Below are positions 11,519-25,028 of a stretch of DNA of 64,000 nt, one piece after another (position 1 is the first letter of the stretch; every line of letters starts with the position of its first letter). The translations under genes were made by a program, and so were the position numbers. Origin of the DNA: Coniocarpon cinnabarinum (Eukaryota). The notes below the pieces were generated by a model that was given only the letters and a program-made list of their open reading frames with translations, made no database searches and was not told the DNA's origin. The DNA lies in the NCBI GenBank assembly GCA_051942205.1, contig JAVECO010000012.1:1-64000 (forward strand), given 5' to 3'.

Positions 11519-13813
11519 CTACTCCTTGAGCAAAATGTCGTCCTTGATATCAAGTGTACCTCTTTTTGCTTCCTGCCCATCCAATGATGGCAGCTCCAGG
11601 ACAGGCGTCCCACTCTTCTTCATGATCGATGTACTTGAGCTTGTCTTCTGCTTCAAGCCTTCTGCAATGCTTTTCCTGTCTTGTGTGCTCAGCGTCTCGC
11701 TCACAGTCGACCAGGACAGGATAGTCGTGGGAGCCCACACGCCAAACACGTGTCTCTCCACACGGCTATCCTCTTGTTGCACATCCTCCGCTTCGTAGAT
11801 GATCGGGGGAACGTCGTCATCTTCACAACGCTGATCGCCTGTGCATGTCTCCTTGATCTCATCATTATGGACATGATATCGGACAGGATAAGAGTTCGGA
11901 ACGAGGGCTGGCTCAATTCTGCGCCATGTCAGACCAAGCTGAAGAGGTCTGTTCCCATCCAACGTTCTCATCATGAGACGGAGCTGCTTGTTCTCGACGA
12001 CGTCGGCGGGCAGGCATATTGCACACCCGACAATACGCCGGACAGCGCTGTATGCATCCTCTCCTGGTTTCTCTTTGAGACGACGTGCCAGATCTCCCGC
12101 TTGGTCGATTTGCTGGGTATAGATCTTATTAATGAGCTCGCATTCTAGCTTCAGCGTCCCTCCTCGCGCCTCGTCGTCGGGCATGACTGCAAACATGAGG
12201 CTGTCGGCGTTGTGGTGCCAGGCCGGTATGGCCTCCATTAGCAAGTCAAGCGGGTTAGAGCCGTCATTGGCGCAGGCCAACTCGACATCAGTCACACTGC
12301 CCAGCGTCTCGTTCGACGTCAGGCGAATGGGAAGGGCTTGTGAATCATCAATGCCGTACTGTCCTCTTCGCTGAAAGGCCATATTTGGCAGGAGCGAGGC
12401 GTAGATATCGCTCGCTGTTGATGGATCTGTGATGCTGTCGATGTAAATTGCAGGCCGCCAGGCCAGTTGAGATGCATATTCCGGTCCGAAAAGTCCTGGC
12501 GGTGTGTAGGTTATGAAGCGGAAACCTGCTACTTTTTCCAGCTGCTCCACTACATCTTGAAGGAGAGAGCCCAGCGACATTTCCTGAAAACCGATGGGAA
12601 TAGTGTAGCCAGGGCAATCTACCCACAATGCAGCCACGTACTAGAGTTGAAAACGTCAGCGAAGCTAGCTTAATAATACCAAATGAGGCATTGGACCTAC
12701 ATCTCGAGGCTTCGTCGCAGATCGTGAAGAGGTGTACATGTCCGCAATTGCCACTGCAAATTTATCATATTTGAAGTCGTCGTTGAGATATTTGTTCTTG
12801 CGTCTAGACTGTTCCATCCTCGACTCCTCACCAGCAAGGAGCCGATACATATTCTCCAGGAATTGGCTAATTGGCGCACTCTTCACGAGCCCATGATATC
12901 CAAGACGGAGTGCTATAAGTTCATTGAAGCGCTCTTGCACCGACATAACGCTGATCATCAAGTCCGCTTGTTCAGCGGAGACATCAGAGTCCGGCGGAAT
13001 GTACATGGACCTGTCAGCATCATCTGAATCCGTAGCCGCTTGATCCAGCAAGCGAATAGCAGAAGACGAAAGCCGTGCGCGTTCCTCGGCCGTCATGTTC
13101 TGCCCGCGGAAGATACCAGCAGAGGCTAGTGGATCATGGCGTACGTCGCTGTCATCGCTGGTCCGGGACGGACATTGCGCAAGTCCGTCGCCGACCCAGA
13201 TGAAACGAGCATTGACGGCGTAGAGAAATTCCTGTCGTGTCCAGATGCGGGAAATCCACGTCAGTAGTGAGACGCTGTTCCAGCACCAGCCAAGTTGCAG
13301 AAACCCTCTCTTCCGTCGCAATCTCTTTCTTCTTTGGAAACGTTGCAGCCTCTGTGGTCCGCATTCGCAGCGTGTTCCTGGAAGCAGTACGACCACATCC
13401 AGAGAACGAAAGATGTTAGGGATGCGGGCCAATGTCTGACGCAGCTCCTTTGAATCGTTCTGTCGACTGCAAAGCTGATCAATCCAGCAATACTCAGGCA
13501 CATCACTGGATCCATTGCCCGAAGATGGGTTGCACAGGCCGTGCAGGGTATTCATAAAGTCGAGAGTGTTCCAGTCCGCCCCGAGCTCCAGATTGACTGT
13601 GACACCGTCTTCATAGTGCCCAATGACCTTCTTCTCGCGCGGAGATACTCCCCATGCGTATGAAATAGCCCGTGCGTTCTTGCGCTGGAGCGAGACATAG
13701 TGCTCGGTGACGACAAGGTGTTTGGGCAGCCGTTCTGACGACTGAGAAGCAAAGCCACAAGCTGAGTCTTCACATAGTTTCAGCTTGACCACCCGGGCAA
13801 GGTTTGTGTCCAT
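11519..13813 (-). CDS. HET-domain (heterokaryon incompatibility) protein (~744 aa), 2 exons
   Basis: The three HET motifs are present: AISYAWG, WIDQLC..Q...E....LARIPNIF, WISRIWTRQE. Intron 12641-12700 joins ATKPRD to YVAALW. Confidence 0.88.
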
Positions 13814-14274
13814 CCTCCGAGCATCACCAGGTTCATATTACTGCGCCGCTCCTGTGGATGTTACTTCCTACGCCTGGCTATTGCCGGCACATTACGAATA
13901 GGTTGGTAAGGCAGCAGACCGTTGAAGATCTACGTATGCATTTTTGTTGCAAGAGTCTTCTCAACTTCGTCCCCGCGAGCTCGGAGTCTAGAGAAGGGCG
14001 CAAAAGTAGGTAGTGCTCGAGGCGCAATGAGGGCTGAAGACGCCCGCACGTTTGCCTACTGTTGGTGCGCATGCCAAGAGTTGGGAAGCGTCCAACGTCG
14101 ACGAGCAACCAAAATTGTCATGGATAGATGGTGACCGGGACATTTGAAACGTCGCCTCTTCAATTCACAACCCATGTTGAGCATGGGAGGATGCTACTAG
14201 CATTACAAGTCTATCATTACTTTTCTATATACAAGATCTACACTTGACGCGTACAAAATGGACACATTTCTCTA

Positions 14275-17200
14275 TTATTGCGTCTTCTTTTTCCCCGTCA
14301 ATGTCTTGTCTTTAGGCACTCTAGCAAGCCAATACAAGCCAAGCGCAGCCGCGATGTTAAAGAGAATGTACGCTATAGCATATCGAGTCAGCAGAAGCAT
14401 GAGTAAATGAAAGTGGAGTGCAAAACTCACCCCACATAATACCGAAATCCCTCCATCGTTCCCCATAGTTATAGCTCACAAGCTCCAGGAACTGGTTCGT
14501 GCTATTCAACTGACAATAGCTGCACTGCTGTGGCGCAGTCAATGATGCAGTCGAGGGTTCCAAATAGCCACCGACGAGCTGGATGGGCGCCGTAAAGTTG
14601 CCACATGTTGTCCCCGGGGGCGGTTGGAAATTGATGAACTCATTTTGTGCACATTCGACGCGCGTGTTCGCAACGCCTGCTGAGAGCATACCGCCAACGA
14701 GGTAGCGGAAGGGCGAGACGTCGTACATGAAAATCCAGAAACCGGGCAGAGTCGAGGGGCCGGCAAGGACACCGCAGAAGATAAGCGTTAGTGAAAACAG
14801 GAGCTGAGCCAGGTTTCCAGCGGTCTCGGCGTCCTCAATGGCAGCCACGATCATATGGGCGAAGGTGCTTGTGAAGAGGAGGAAAGCCACAGTCAGGAGG
14901 AAGAACAAGGCACCTCGCTCGTGGACCTGGTCATAAAGGAAGGCGTTCTTGTACAAGCCGACGGGGTAGTAGTAGCAGAAGAAGACTGCAGCGCCCATGA
15001 GGATGGACCATGGGATCTCAGCGATGATGTTGGACAACATGAAGGCTCGCCAATCGTATGTCTTGCTCGGTCGCTCGCGAGACTCGTAAAGAGCGCGTTG
15101 GACGACGAAGTTGGGCATGATTTGCTGAACCAGATTACCGAAGAGTATGAAGATCATGAAGATGGAGAACATTTGGTTTTGCAGTGACTGTTGAGAAGTG
15201 CCGGCTTTGAAGAAGGAAAAGCCGATGAAGAGTGAGCTCGCGATACAGAGTAGTGCTTTTGAATAGATGTACGACGGTGTGCGCCAGTATTGCTCGAAGA
15301 CACGCTTCTGAACTTCCCACATCTGCGTTTTGAATGGAGCGGCGAATTCACGATATGACAGCTTATCGTTCGGGTCGGCAAAAGGCTTCGTGACTTGGGG
15401 TCGCTCTTCTTCGAGGGCTTTAAGCTCCGTGTGGACAGCGGCCAATTCGGGAGAATCGCGCCACGCTTTGTGCCAGTCTTTGTCAGTCTTGGAGCCAGGT
15501 GCAGCACCAATGACTTGCAACATCCACTCCGCAGGATTTCCATCCGGCGGGCAAGGAGAGGCACCATGACGTTGGAAGTAGTCGGTCATGTGAGCGGCGT
15601 TACGTCCAATATCGCCAAAATACACGGTTTGACCGCCCTTTTGAAGGAGCAGAAGACGATCGAAGCGCTGGAACAACATTGCTGATGGTTGGTGGATTGT
15701 ACAAAGAATGGCGGTGCCATGAGCAGTCAGCTTCTCCATCAAATCACAAATCGCCCAGGAGGTCTGGGAGTCCAGTCCAGAGGTTGGTTCATCAAGGAAA
15801 AGAAGCAGCTGTGGCCGTGCGGCTAGTTCAACACCAATTGTCAGACGCTTTCGTTGCTCGACGTTCAGACCTTCGCCAGGCACACCGACAACTGCGTCAG
15901 CGTACTCTTGCATGTCCAAAAGCTTGATGACTTCGTCGACGTAGTCGAGCTTCTCTTGTCGAGGGACGTTACCCGGTTGGCGAAGCAAAGCCGAAAAATT
16001 AAGCGCTTCGCGGACTGTGGACGTTGACAGATGCAGATCCTGCTGTTGGACATACCCAGTCTTGCGCTGGAATGACGTATCACGCCGTCTGCCATCGACG
16101 AAGACTGAACCTGAGATGACACCCGTCGTCGTTCGAGAAGCGAGGGCATCAAGAAGGGTAGTCTTTCCAGCACCGGATTCGCCCATCAAAGCCGTCAAAG
16201 TGCCAGGTCTGACCCATCCATCGACGTGGTCCAGGATACGACGCGGTTCACCCTTGATCTTGATATCATAGCAGACATCCTTCCAGTGGAAGATCGACGT
16301 CTGTTCCTGGATGACTGCAGACTCGTCCGTTTGCATTTTTTCAAGGTCGTTGCCAGGTTCATGACCGTCTCCAGCTTCAACATCGCGGGTATGTTTGGGC
16401 TTCTTCTCAACAGCTTTGTGACCTCTTCGGAAGACCAAGACTTCGCCTTTGGACCTTTTCTCGGTAATCAATTCGGAGGCGGTCAGATAAAGGGCCATCA
16501 ATCCAAACATGAACAAGAGCAGTATTCCGTAATTTCTCCACCGGTGGCTTGGGTCGTAAGAGTATGCGGACCCAATGTATGTGGTTCCGGATACAATGTC
16601 CGAGCCAGGCACTGATCCAACCGCGGTACATGATCGCTGAACTCCTTGCAGATTAGCGTATTGAGGACCTGTGGGGAAGAACTGGTCGCATCTGAAGTCA
16701 CGACCAGCAAACTCATTAACCATCAACGACTCAAAGGCGTACGCGATGGGGTCTAGATAATTGATCCACCGCGCCCACCCTAGCATGTAAGGTACAGGTA
16801 AAGCAAAGCCAGTGTAGATAACAAGTGCCAGTAAGAGGACCGCGGTTGGTGCGAGCGCCCCCACCAAAGATCTTGACACAGCAGCAATGGATCTGAACAG
16901 CATACTCATGACGAGTGTAGCTGTGAATGAAATAAGCAAATAGAAAAAGAAGGCTCCCGGCTCGCGTCGAAGATTGGTTAGGAAGTACAGCGCGAGATTG
17001 AAAGTGATCGCGTTCATGATCTTGTACGGCATGTCCGTGAGCATTGAAGCAAAGGCTTCACAAGATGGATGATAAAGGGCGTATCTCGAGTGTTTCTCGA
17101 CGATCGGTCGTTGCGCGTAGAGCGTTAGAATTTCCAGCATACTACCAAAAGCGTTGAGCAGCACAGCAAAGAACAGCAGTGCGCCTCGTTGAAAGAAGCT

Positions 17201-18964
17201 TGAAGTCGTGCCATCAAGGTTGTAGAACACGCTGCCAATGATCAATGCCATGATGAAATTACCAAAAAGTTGAGTGAACGTCAAGGAGGGATCGCCTCGC
17301 AGTCGCTGAAAGCCTCTCTCGAGACAGAGCATGACTTGGCCCGTGTATGACAGAGTGTACGGGGAGTTGATACGCTGGTTCCTGGCTTGTTGCGCCCTTC
17401 GCGAATCTTTGAACTGTGCCAGCGATTCGCCACCGAGGGGATAATCTTTGTTGAATTGCTCAATCTCTGCCATAACGCTTGCACGAGCGTTACTCTTCTT
17501 CCACACTCCGGCAAATTCATCTGGGGTACGTGGGACCTGGTCAAGGAAACCCTCGCGGACAACGCGTTCTTGCGGGCTAGTCATAGAGGTTAGAAAGTCA
17601 GGAGTGGTTTGTCGGTCTGGACATTTGAAGCCAATGTTGACGAAGTAGTCTCTCGCCTCATCACAGCGACCGAAGAAAATCTGTCGGCCTTCATAGAGGA
17701 CGAGTACCTTGTCAAACTGATCGTACGCAGATTGGGGACCCTGATAGATTGACACGTTAGATGTCGTTCCAATCATGTCTGACGACATCCTTAAAGTCTT
17801 GCAGAATTCGATTGCATTTGCACTGTCCAGTCCTCTTGTGCTGTTGTCCCAACATTGCAGCGGCGCGCTGCTCAGAGCAGCTTCCGCAATGGTCACGCGC
17901 TTGCGTTCGCCACCACTGACACCCCTAACGAAATCGTTGCCGACGCGTGTGTTGATGGTATGCGAAATACCAAAGACTGCCATGATCACATCGCGCATGA
18001 AGCGGGAGTAAGCGGAACGCGACAGACCGCCTGGAACGCTTCTTGGAGACCTGGCTTTTGCGGCAAATGCGAGAGTATCGCCGACAGAGAGCATAGGGAA
18101 GTGAACGTCGACTTCAGCCGTGTATATCGCCTCACCACGGAAATTCTTGTGCATCTGCTTCGGCGCGATACCTTGATAATTGAGCTCTGAGCCGTTCTCC
18201 AGAAAGAAGCCATGGGTCTCTCCCGCCACGGTCTTCAAGAAAGTCGAGCACCCACTCCCAGGCGGACCGAGGACCACAAGCATCTCGCCAGGCTGGACCA
18301 CCCCCTCCAAGTTGCGCAAGATGTCGATGCGCCTGGGTTTGTCTAGACGCAAAGCCTTGCGCGCCAAGCCGACAATATCAAGCAGCACATTGCCCACACT
18401 TTTCTGATAGTCGGTAGCGGAGCCAAAGCCATGCGCATTGAGGTTCTGAAAGGAGTAGCCAGCCGTACGACTCTTGTATTTTTCAGGGTCCCGTGACTGA
18501 AGGTTCAGCAACGACTTGGCCCACACGCGCGGTTTGAAGTTTGCTGAATGGGGATCCAGCACGGAGTCGTCTTTGCCATGGAACGGATCTTCACCTGCCA
18601 CGCCAGCAGTCGCCAACGACGTTGAGGACCCAGTCCGTCCCGACTTTTTCGTCACGCCGGACCGGGTCGACTCTTGTGTATACCTCCGCGCCAGCTGATG
18701 CACCTCATTGTCGCGTCTGGCAAGCTCCGCCTTCTCATCGTCTTCCGATGAGCTAGACGTCTGCTCGATGCCCTTCTCGTCAGCGCCTAGATCAGATGTC
18801 TCGTCTGGTTTCGGTATTCCAGGCCTTTCATCAGGTGGAGGCTGGTGTTCTTCGTGCACTCGCCTGTCGACGTAGGTTTCTTGTGGACGGCTGGGTGTGC
18901 CTGCAGTCACTGCAGTGCGATCGTTATTGTTGCCACCCAGTGACAGGGCAGATATTGAGAACAT
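14275..18964 (-). CDS. Full-size PDR-type (ABCG) multidrug ABC transporter
   Basis: NBD-TMD-NBD-TMD order; [65 protein letters not shown]. One 3' intron 14373-14430 leads to [21 protein letters not shown]. Confidence 0.97.
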
Positions 18965-19282
18965 AGGTGCTTGAGCGTGAACGAGCGGCGGGGGGCGCGA
19001 TCCTCACTCGCCAATGCAGATGCACACGTGAATGGGCTGCCTTGGAAGTAGACGACTTGAACGATGGTGACTCCAAAAGAGCGGCGCGCTTCGTAGGCGT
19101 AGGATCTTCAGCTCCTACTGCGCTGTGATGAAAGAGACTCGCGTCCAATCTGTATTGTTGCTTCTATTGCCGGCATGGGACTCGAGGGTAGCGGAGGCAC
19201 GCCGGTCGAGCTGTGGAAAGAAGGGCAAGGGCTGGGAGACGGTGGCATCAGTGGTGGGCGAGTAGGGGAGATGATATGACGG

Positions 19283-19500
19283 CGGGAGTGAGTCGATCCG
19301 TGTCAGCCCAAGAGCAGTCGCGCGGCGCCGAGCGAAAAATGAAGAGCGTGGTGGAAGGCCAACAACACGGAAAGTTCACATCCGGGAGTATCAACTCGTT
19401 ACGTCTTACTCATTGCGGCCAATCGAGCAGACCCTGATGGCCGCTAAAAGCTCCATTCCCACGTGCAAGAGAGTCTCTTGGCGTGGGCACGTGCATCAGC
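19283..19500. promoter_or_regulatory. Candidate promoter elements of the ABC transporter (CGG-N12-CCG, CGG-N11-CCG, CCAAT, two CACGTG)
   Basis: CGG-N12-CCG at 19283-19300, CGG-N11-CCG at 19368-19384, CCAAT ~19419, CACGTG ~19460 and ~19488, i.e. 320-540 nt upstream of the ATG. These are short motifs and may be chance matches. Confidence 0.35.
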
Positions 19501-20930
19501 TGACGGCAGGACGAGCGCAGGGTAAGGCAAGCACCGTCTCCAGCGCGCCAATTCAAGACCGCTTCTGCGCCCCGTCTCACGTCCATTCTCACTCGCCCCC
19601 CTACATCCCCCATCCCCTTGAATTTCTCCGACTTGGCGGGAGGTGGGAATCCCCGTCTTTCCATTGCTTTCCCGTGCGCAAGGCGCATTGAAGGAGTGTG
19701 CCGCTACCTACCTACGTCATCTGATTGGCTCGGAACGTGCTCTTCCCAAGCGAACGCAAACACGAGAACGAAAACGAGAGCGCAAGCCCTGTGGATTGGC
19801 TAGGCACCAGTTCGCGAGTCTTCTCCGCTGCTTCCAGTCTTGTGAAAGATGGCATCGTTTCTTCAAAGACCGTTCGGTGCAATACGCGTGTGTCGGAACG
19901 AGTGGCACGGCAGAGCTGGTTTCCTTTGGGTATCAGCAGCGTGATTTGCTTGTTGGTGGCTCGAGCTCGCCCAAACGATCCCGCTGGAGAAACCTCGAAT
20001 GACCTACGAGCGATTAAGCATTTCGCGCCTCAAAGACCTTGTAGTGCTACGTGCCGCGCTCGTCTGGTCCCCAGTTGCCTGATGCAATTCAACATTAGGG
20101 CGCATAGAAGGCTAGGCACGAACAGGCTCATTTCTATGCACGCGTCAGTAAACTAAGAGATCATACTAGCCTGCTTAGTCTAATGAAATCAGATGTGCAT
20201 GCAGAGACTAATCTGGGTACCTACATAGGAAGCGGACTCACCACGGAGTAGGCATATAATAGTCAAATTTCAACCGCCGCTGCATCATCCGGAGTGCTCG
20301 TGACCAAAGTTAATCGTAAAAGTAACTTTCATGCTGCATGCAATACGTAGGCGAATGGCTGCGTCAAAGCTCGAAACGCGGCAAGTATTTGTCCTCGTTG
20401 TCAAATCATCGCATTGTCATGACTGCGACAAAGGCTTGCATTGCTTGGCCAGGCTCCAGAAAGAACTCCGCGGTCAAGCTTCATGCCTCTGGTGAGTCTC
20501 GTCTCACGACAGTGAGAAATCAGCGCAGCCAGTCTGGTCAACTACCGCCGCCATTCTTACATCAGGGATGGCTACACCCAGGACGCAGCATTACAATAAA
20601 TTGCACTGTTCCAATTATGATTTTTACAACCCTGTTGAGCCAAGAACTTGTATTGTCACTCTGTAAGTACCATGGATAGAAGACGCAGAGAAAATAAAGG
20701 AAGAATGGCATCAATTTGTCAAAGGAGGAAGAACAGGACACTCCACTTTGTATGTTTTGCGGTGCCAAGCCCAGTACGTAAACCACGGTCTCAATTGGTC
20801 ATGGTGCCAGCTTCTCCCTCGCAACACGATCTTCATGACATATTCGCCTGTCGACTATGTACTATTACGCCCACAGTTCGTGGATGAGAAAACCAGCGCC
20901 TATTGACACCTCGTGCTTGAATCCGCCATC

Positions 20931-22106
20931 ATGAGTCCAGAGCTGTCCAAGAGTGTTCTCGTTGGCACCTTCAACACCCCCTCTATCTACACACTCCGCT
21001 TCACACCATCCGCTTCTTTCGAAATCGTCCGCCGCAACAAAGCCATTGGCTCTCATTCCTGGCTCGCTCTTTCGCCCTCAAAGCAGCATCTTTACGCCAC
21101 CGCCTGGCTCGAGCCGCCATCGGTCGTCGCATATGCTGTAACAGCCTCAGAGTCGGACGCCACCGTTCAATACCTCAATCAGAAGCCCGTCAAGAGTCGT
21201 AGCGGCTACACCTGTGCGAGCGCGTCGCATGTCTATTCAGCGGGTGGTCCGAGCGGCGAAGTCTTCTCAATCAACGCGGATGGTAGCCTGGGCGAGCTGG
21301 TGGATGATTTGGACTTTCTCGACGAAGATGGAAAGGCTGGCAAGACCGAGAACAGGCCTCACGGCGATTTTGGCGGTCTCAGACAAGGGGCGCATAGCGT
21401 GGACCTGAGCCCTGATGGCCGGCAAGTACACGTTGCGGACATTGGGCGAAACTGTGTGTGGAGCTTGGAGGTAGATGATTCTGTCAAAAGTCGAGACGAC
21501 GGGCGGTCATTTCTGAGATGGCAAAGGAAAAACATGGCGTCGAGGCCAGACGAAGGACCAAGGCATGCGACTGTACATCCGAACAACAAAGTGGTATATG
21601 TTGTACAAGAACATAGCAGCATGGTCGACGCGTTTGCAACTGGCGAGACGGATGCGACCACTCTACAGTTTAGACACGGTGCGAGTATTCTGCCGATTGG
21701 CAAGCAAGCAGAGGACTATTGGGCGGATGAAGTACGGATATCAGGTATCCTCGATCCACCAACTCAGACACCCAAATACCTCTGGGCCAGTACCAGAGGG
21801 CTCAGACCAGAGGTCAAAGGCTACGTCGCTGTCTACGCTCTAGATCAGCAAGGATGGCTGGTCGGTGGTGCAGACGCGAAAGCGCTCTGCATTTGGGAGA
21901 CGCCAACCAGTGGAGGCATCGCCAATGCTGTGGAGCCTGGTCTGGTGAATGAAGGCCTCGAATACGCCATGTTGACAGATTCTGAAAAGGGTCTCGTCAT
22001 GGCACTGAGCTTTGACGGCCACGAAATTAGAGAAGTTGCAAGAGTGAAACTCGAGGAGCCAGGGGACCACCATGGAGTCCAGGCTGCTACTGCTGTATGG
22101 CTGTAA
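20931..22106 (+). CDS. 7-bladed beta-propeller lactonase / carboxy-cis,cis-muconate cyclase-like enzyme
   Basis: Intronless ORF with HSWLALSP, GAHSVDLSPDG..VHVADIGRN, GPRHATVHPN..VYVVQEH, WADEVR and TPTSGGIANA, typical of fungal muconate cycloisomerases. Confidence 0.85.
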   Translation: MSPELSKSVLVGTFNTPSIYTLRFTPSASFEIVRRNKAIGSHSWLALSPSKQHLYATAWLEPPSVVAYAVTASESDATVQYLNQKPVKSRSGYTCASASHVYSAGGPSGEVFSINADGSLGELVDDLDFLDEDGKAGKTENRPHGDFGGLRQGAHSVDLSPDGRQVHVADIGRNCVWSLEVDDSVKSRDDGRSFLRWQRKNMASRPDEGPRHATVHPNNKVVYVVQEHSSMVDAFATGETDATTLQFRHGASILPIGKQAEDYWADEVRISGILDPPTQTPKYLWASTRGLRPEVKGYVAVYALDQQGWLVGGADAKALCIWETPTSGGIANAVEPGLVNEGLEYAMLTDSEKGLVMALSFDGHEIREVARVKLEEPGDHHGVQAATAVWL

Positions 22107-22590
22107 GTGATCCATTTCATTCTGTCCCCAGCTGGCAAGACACGCGTCGTCCATGTCCAACAGCGCATGCGCCATGCCCGCCCCCACGGATTAGCGGGCA
22201 CCCGAGCGATAGGCACCCACCTCATAACTTGCAGCCTGGTAGCATCGTCCGCGAGATCCCTGCCATGGCTTGTTCCACTTTTGATCTCCCCAAGAGGAGA
22301 CGGGGCGAGTATTGCTGTTTGGGACCAAAGAGCCGGGCCCCCGCAAAGCTTGGCAGGCTTTAAAGATGGAGCTATTCCTCCTTCGCACCGGGTTGAGCAC
22401 GGAAATGACGACTGGCCGAGGGATGCGGCCTGTCGATCATTACCCCCGTGTGAATGCAGTCAATCATTTGCGAAGCCTCAATGCGACAACAGGCCAAGAT
22501 GGGACAGCTTAAGAAGCGCAGGTCGGCCTCCGAACGTCAGCCTCGCCATGTGCTTACGGGACGTCCAAGTTCCCAGGCGAGGCTGAGGAG

Positions 22591-24341
22591 ATGTTGGCGT
22601 CCGTGTTGCTAGGCCTCGTCGCCTCCGTGTCCGCCATACCTGCCTCTACGAAGGACACACGTCAGGCAGGCCCCAGTGTGATGATCGCAAATGGCACGGT
22701 CGTGGGCTCGACCTTAAATGGTGTTGACAGCTTTAGAGGCATTCCCTTTGCCGAGCCGCCTACAGGCACCAACCGATTACGGGTCCCCTCGCCGCTTGCC
22801 AGCTCCTTTGGCACGTTCCAGGCGACAGGCAATCCCGCATCTTGTCCAGGGCTCGTATCTCAATCAAACAACACGGGACTCCCCGGGGAAGCGATTGGAC
22901 TACTGGCCGACTCACCACTGGTTCAAGCAGTACTTGGAGATGACGAGGACTGTTTGGTGTTAAATGTGCAGCGGCCGTCTAATGCAGCCCCAGATAATCC
23001 TTTGCCAGTCGTGTTCTGGATTGTGAGCAAACGCTTCATTCGAACGACGCCACCCTAGTGCTGACTTGCATTTAGTATGGTGGAGGATTTGAGCAAGGCT
23101 CCATCTCCATGTACGATGGCTCTACACTGATCAGACAGTCTGTATCACTAGACGCTCCTGTAGTCTATGTTGAAGCAAACTATCGCCTAGCGGGGTTTGG
23201 ATTCCTGGCTGGTAAAGAACTTCAGGACGACGGCAGCACCAACCTTGGCTTGCGAGATCAGCGCCTGGCACTACAGTGGGTCGCCGACAACATACAGGCT
23301 TTTGGAGGCGACCCAAATCATGTGACAATATGGGGTGAGTCGGCTGGGGCGATCTCGGCGTATGATCACTTGGTTCTCAATTTCGGCGACAATACGTATC
23401 ACGGCAAGCCGCTCTTTATTGGTGCTGTGATGGATTCAGGGTCCGCCATTCCCACATTGAACGTTGCGAGTGGTCCGCCACAGGCTATCTATGATACAGT
23501 CGTGGCGAGTGCCGGATGTGATAGCGCGGCCGATTCACTCGAATGTCTTCGAGGCTTGACGTCTCAACAGTTTTTGAGAGCGCAGTCAGCCGTTCCCGGT
23601 ATTTTCAGCTATCGCTCACTTGATACCTCGTATCTGCCACGTTATGATCCAAACGACAACTTTTTCCCCAACTCGCCCGGGCTTCAGAACACGGACCGGA
23701 TAGCAAAAGTCCCGATAATCATCGGAGACCAAGAAGACGAGGGTCCTTTGTTCTCCCTCGTGCTGTATAATGTTACCAACACCAATGATTTGGTGACTTA
23801 CTTGAACAGCTATTTTCCGCTGGCTTCACGGGACCAGATTCAAGGCCTCGTCAACACATATCCAGCAGATCCCAGCGCTGGAAGTCCATTCAATACGGGC
23901 ATTCTCAACGAACTATATCCAGGCTTCAAGCGGAACGCCGCCATTCTAGGAGATCTCACGTTCACTTTGTCTCGTCGAGCTGTGCTGGGCGCCTACACAG
24001 ACGCCTATCCAGACGTGGGAGCATGGTCGTACTTGGCTTCCTACTTCTATGGAACTCCTGTCTTGGGCACATTCCATGGATCAGATCTATTGGTCATCTA
24101 TGAGGATTTTCCTCTAATCGTGCCGATGCAGAGCATCTATCGCTATTATATCAGCTTCTTCAATCATCAAGACCCGAACGCATTAGGCACACCTGCGCCA
24201 ACGATCAATTGGCCTCAGTGGACAAGGCAGAGTCCGCAACTCTTGAACTTTCAGGCGCTCTCTAATAGGTTGATCACAGATGATTTCAGGCAGGCCAGTT
24301 TCGATTATATCCAAAGCGTTCAGGATGTCCTAGTGGTATAG
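22591..24341 (+). CDS. Secreted type-B carboxylesterase / fungal lipase, 2 exons
   Basis: Signal peptide MLASVLLGLVASVSA; FRGIPFAEPP, EDCLVLNV, WI|YGGGF across intron 23023-23075; triad in WGESAG (Ser), DQEDEG (Glu), GTFHGSD (His). Confidence 0.95.
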
Positions 24342-25028
24342 CTATGTTTTCTAATAGCGACCGTATGTATAGGTATGCAGGAGGATTTGTACAGCACCTA
24401 TCTGGATGACAGTGAGCATCGGATCAATGCCTAATCCGTAGCCAAAGTCCTGCCGTTTCAACTAATCTAATATATTAAGACCCCGTACCTAGGATAATAG
24501 AATGAGCAACCAATAGCGTTCATGCACTTTTCTTAGCTCGACACTTCTTTCAGTGCATCTCGCGGTGTTTGTTACTGATATCACGGATTTGCTTCGCAAT
24601 TACTAAAACCCATGTGTCTCCTTCTGTACCTGCGAGCGTTTCGCGGTATCAAAAGCAGCAAGGATAAGGCAGGGTAACAACACTCCCTCCTACATAGCTG
24701 CGTGCTGCGTGCTGCTTGTCGCTTCAACCTGGCACACAACACTTGAACATCCAACTTACTGCTGACAAGAAGTCTAGTCTCTCATCTCGTCGCTGCGACT
24801 AACCTGCGGAGCAACGCGTAATCCAGAAATTGCCTTTCCGATAGACTCAGACCTGGCTCCCCCATGTTTCTAGTAACGGCTTGACCTTGCCCAGGTGGCA
24901 CTGGGTATCCGTTCTGCCCCGTTTGAAAGAGTCAGAGAAATAGTGGTACTTGAAAGCGTTGCGATCAAAGACTTGGCAGATTCTGGCGGATCGATCACTA
25001 CGTTTCATTCTTTTACAGACGGGCAGCC

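Noticed and set aside
22107..22586. 159-aa ORF filling the lactonase-lipase gap
   Set aside because: GTG start, no motif or coding-like composition; likely UTR or promoter.
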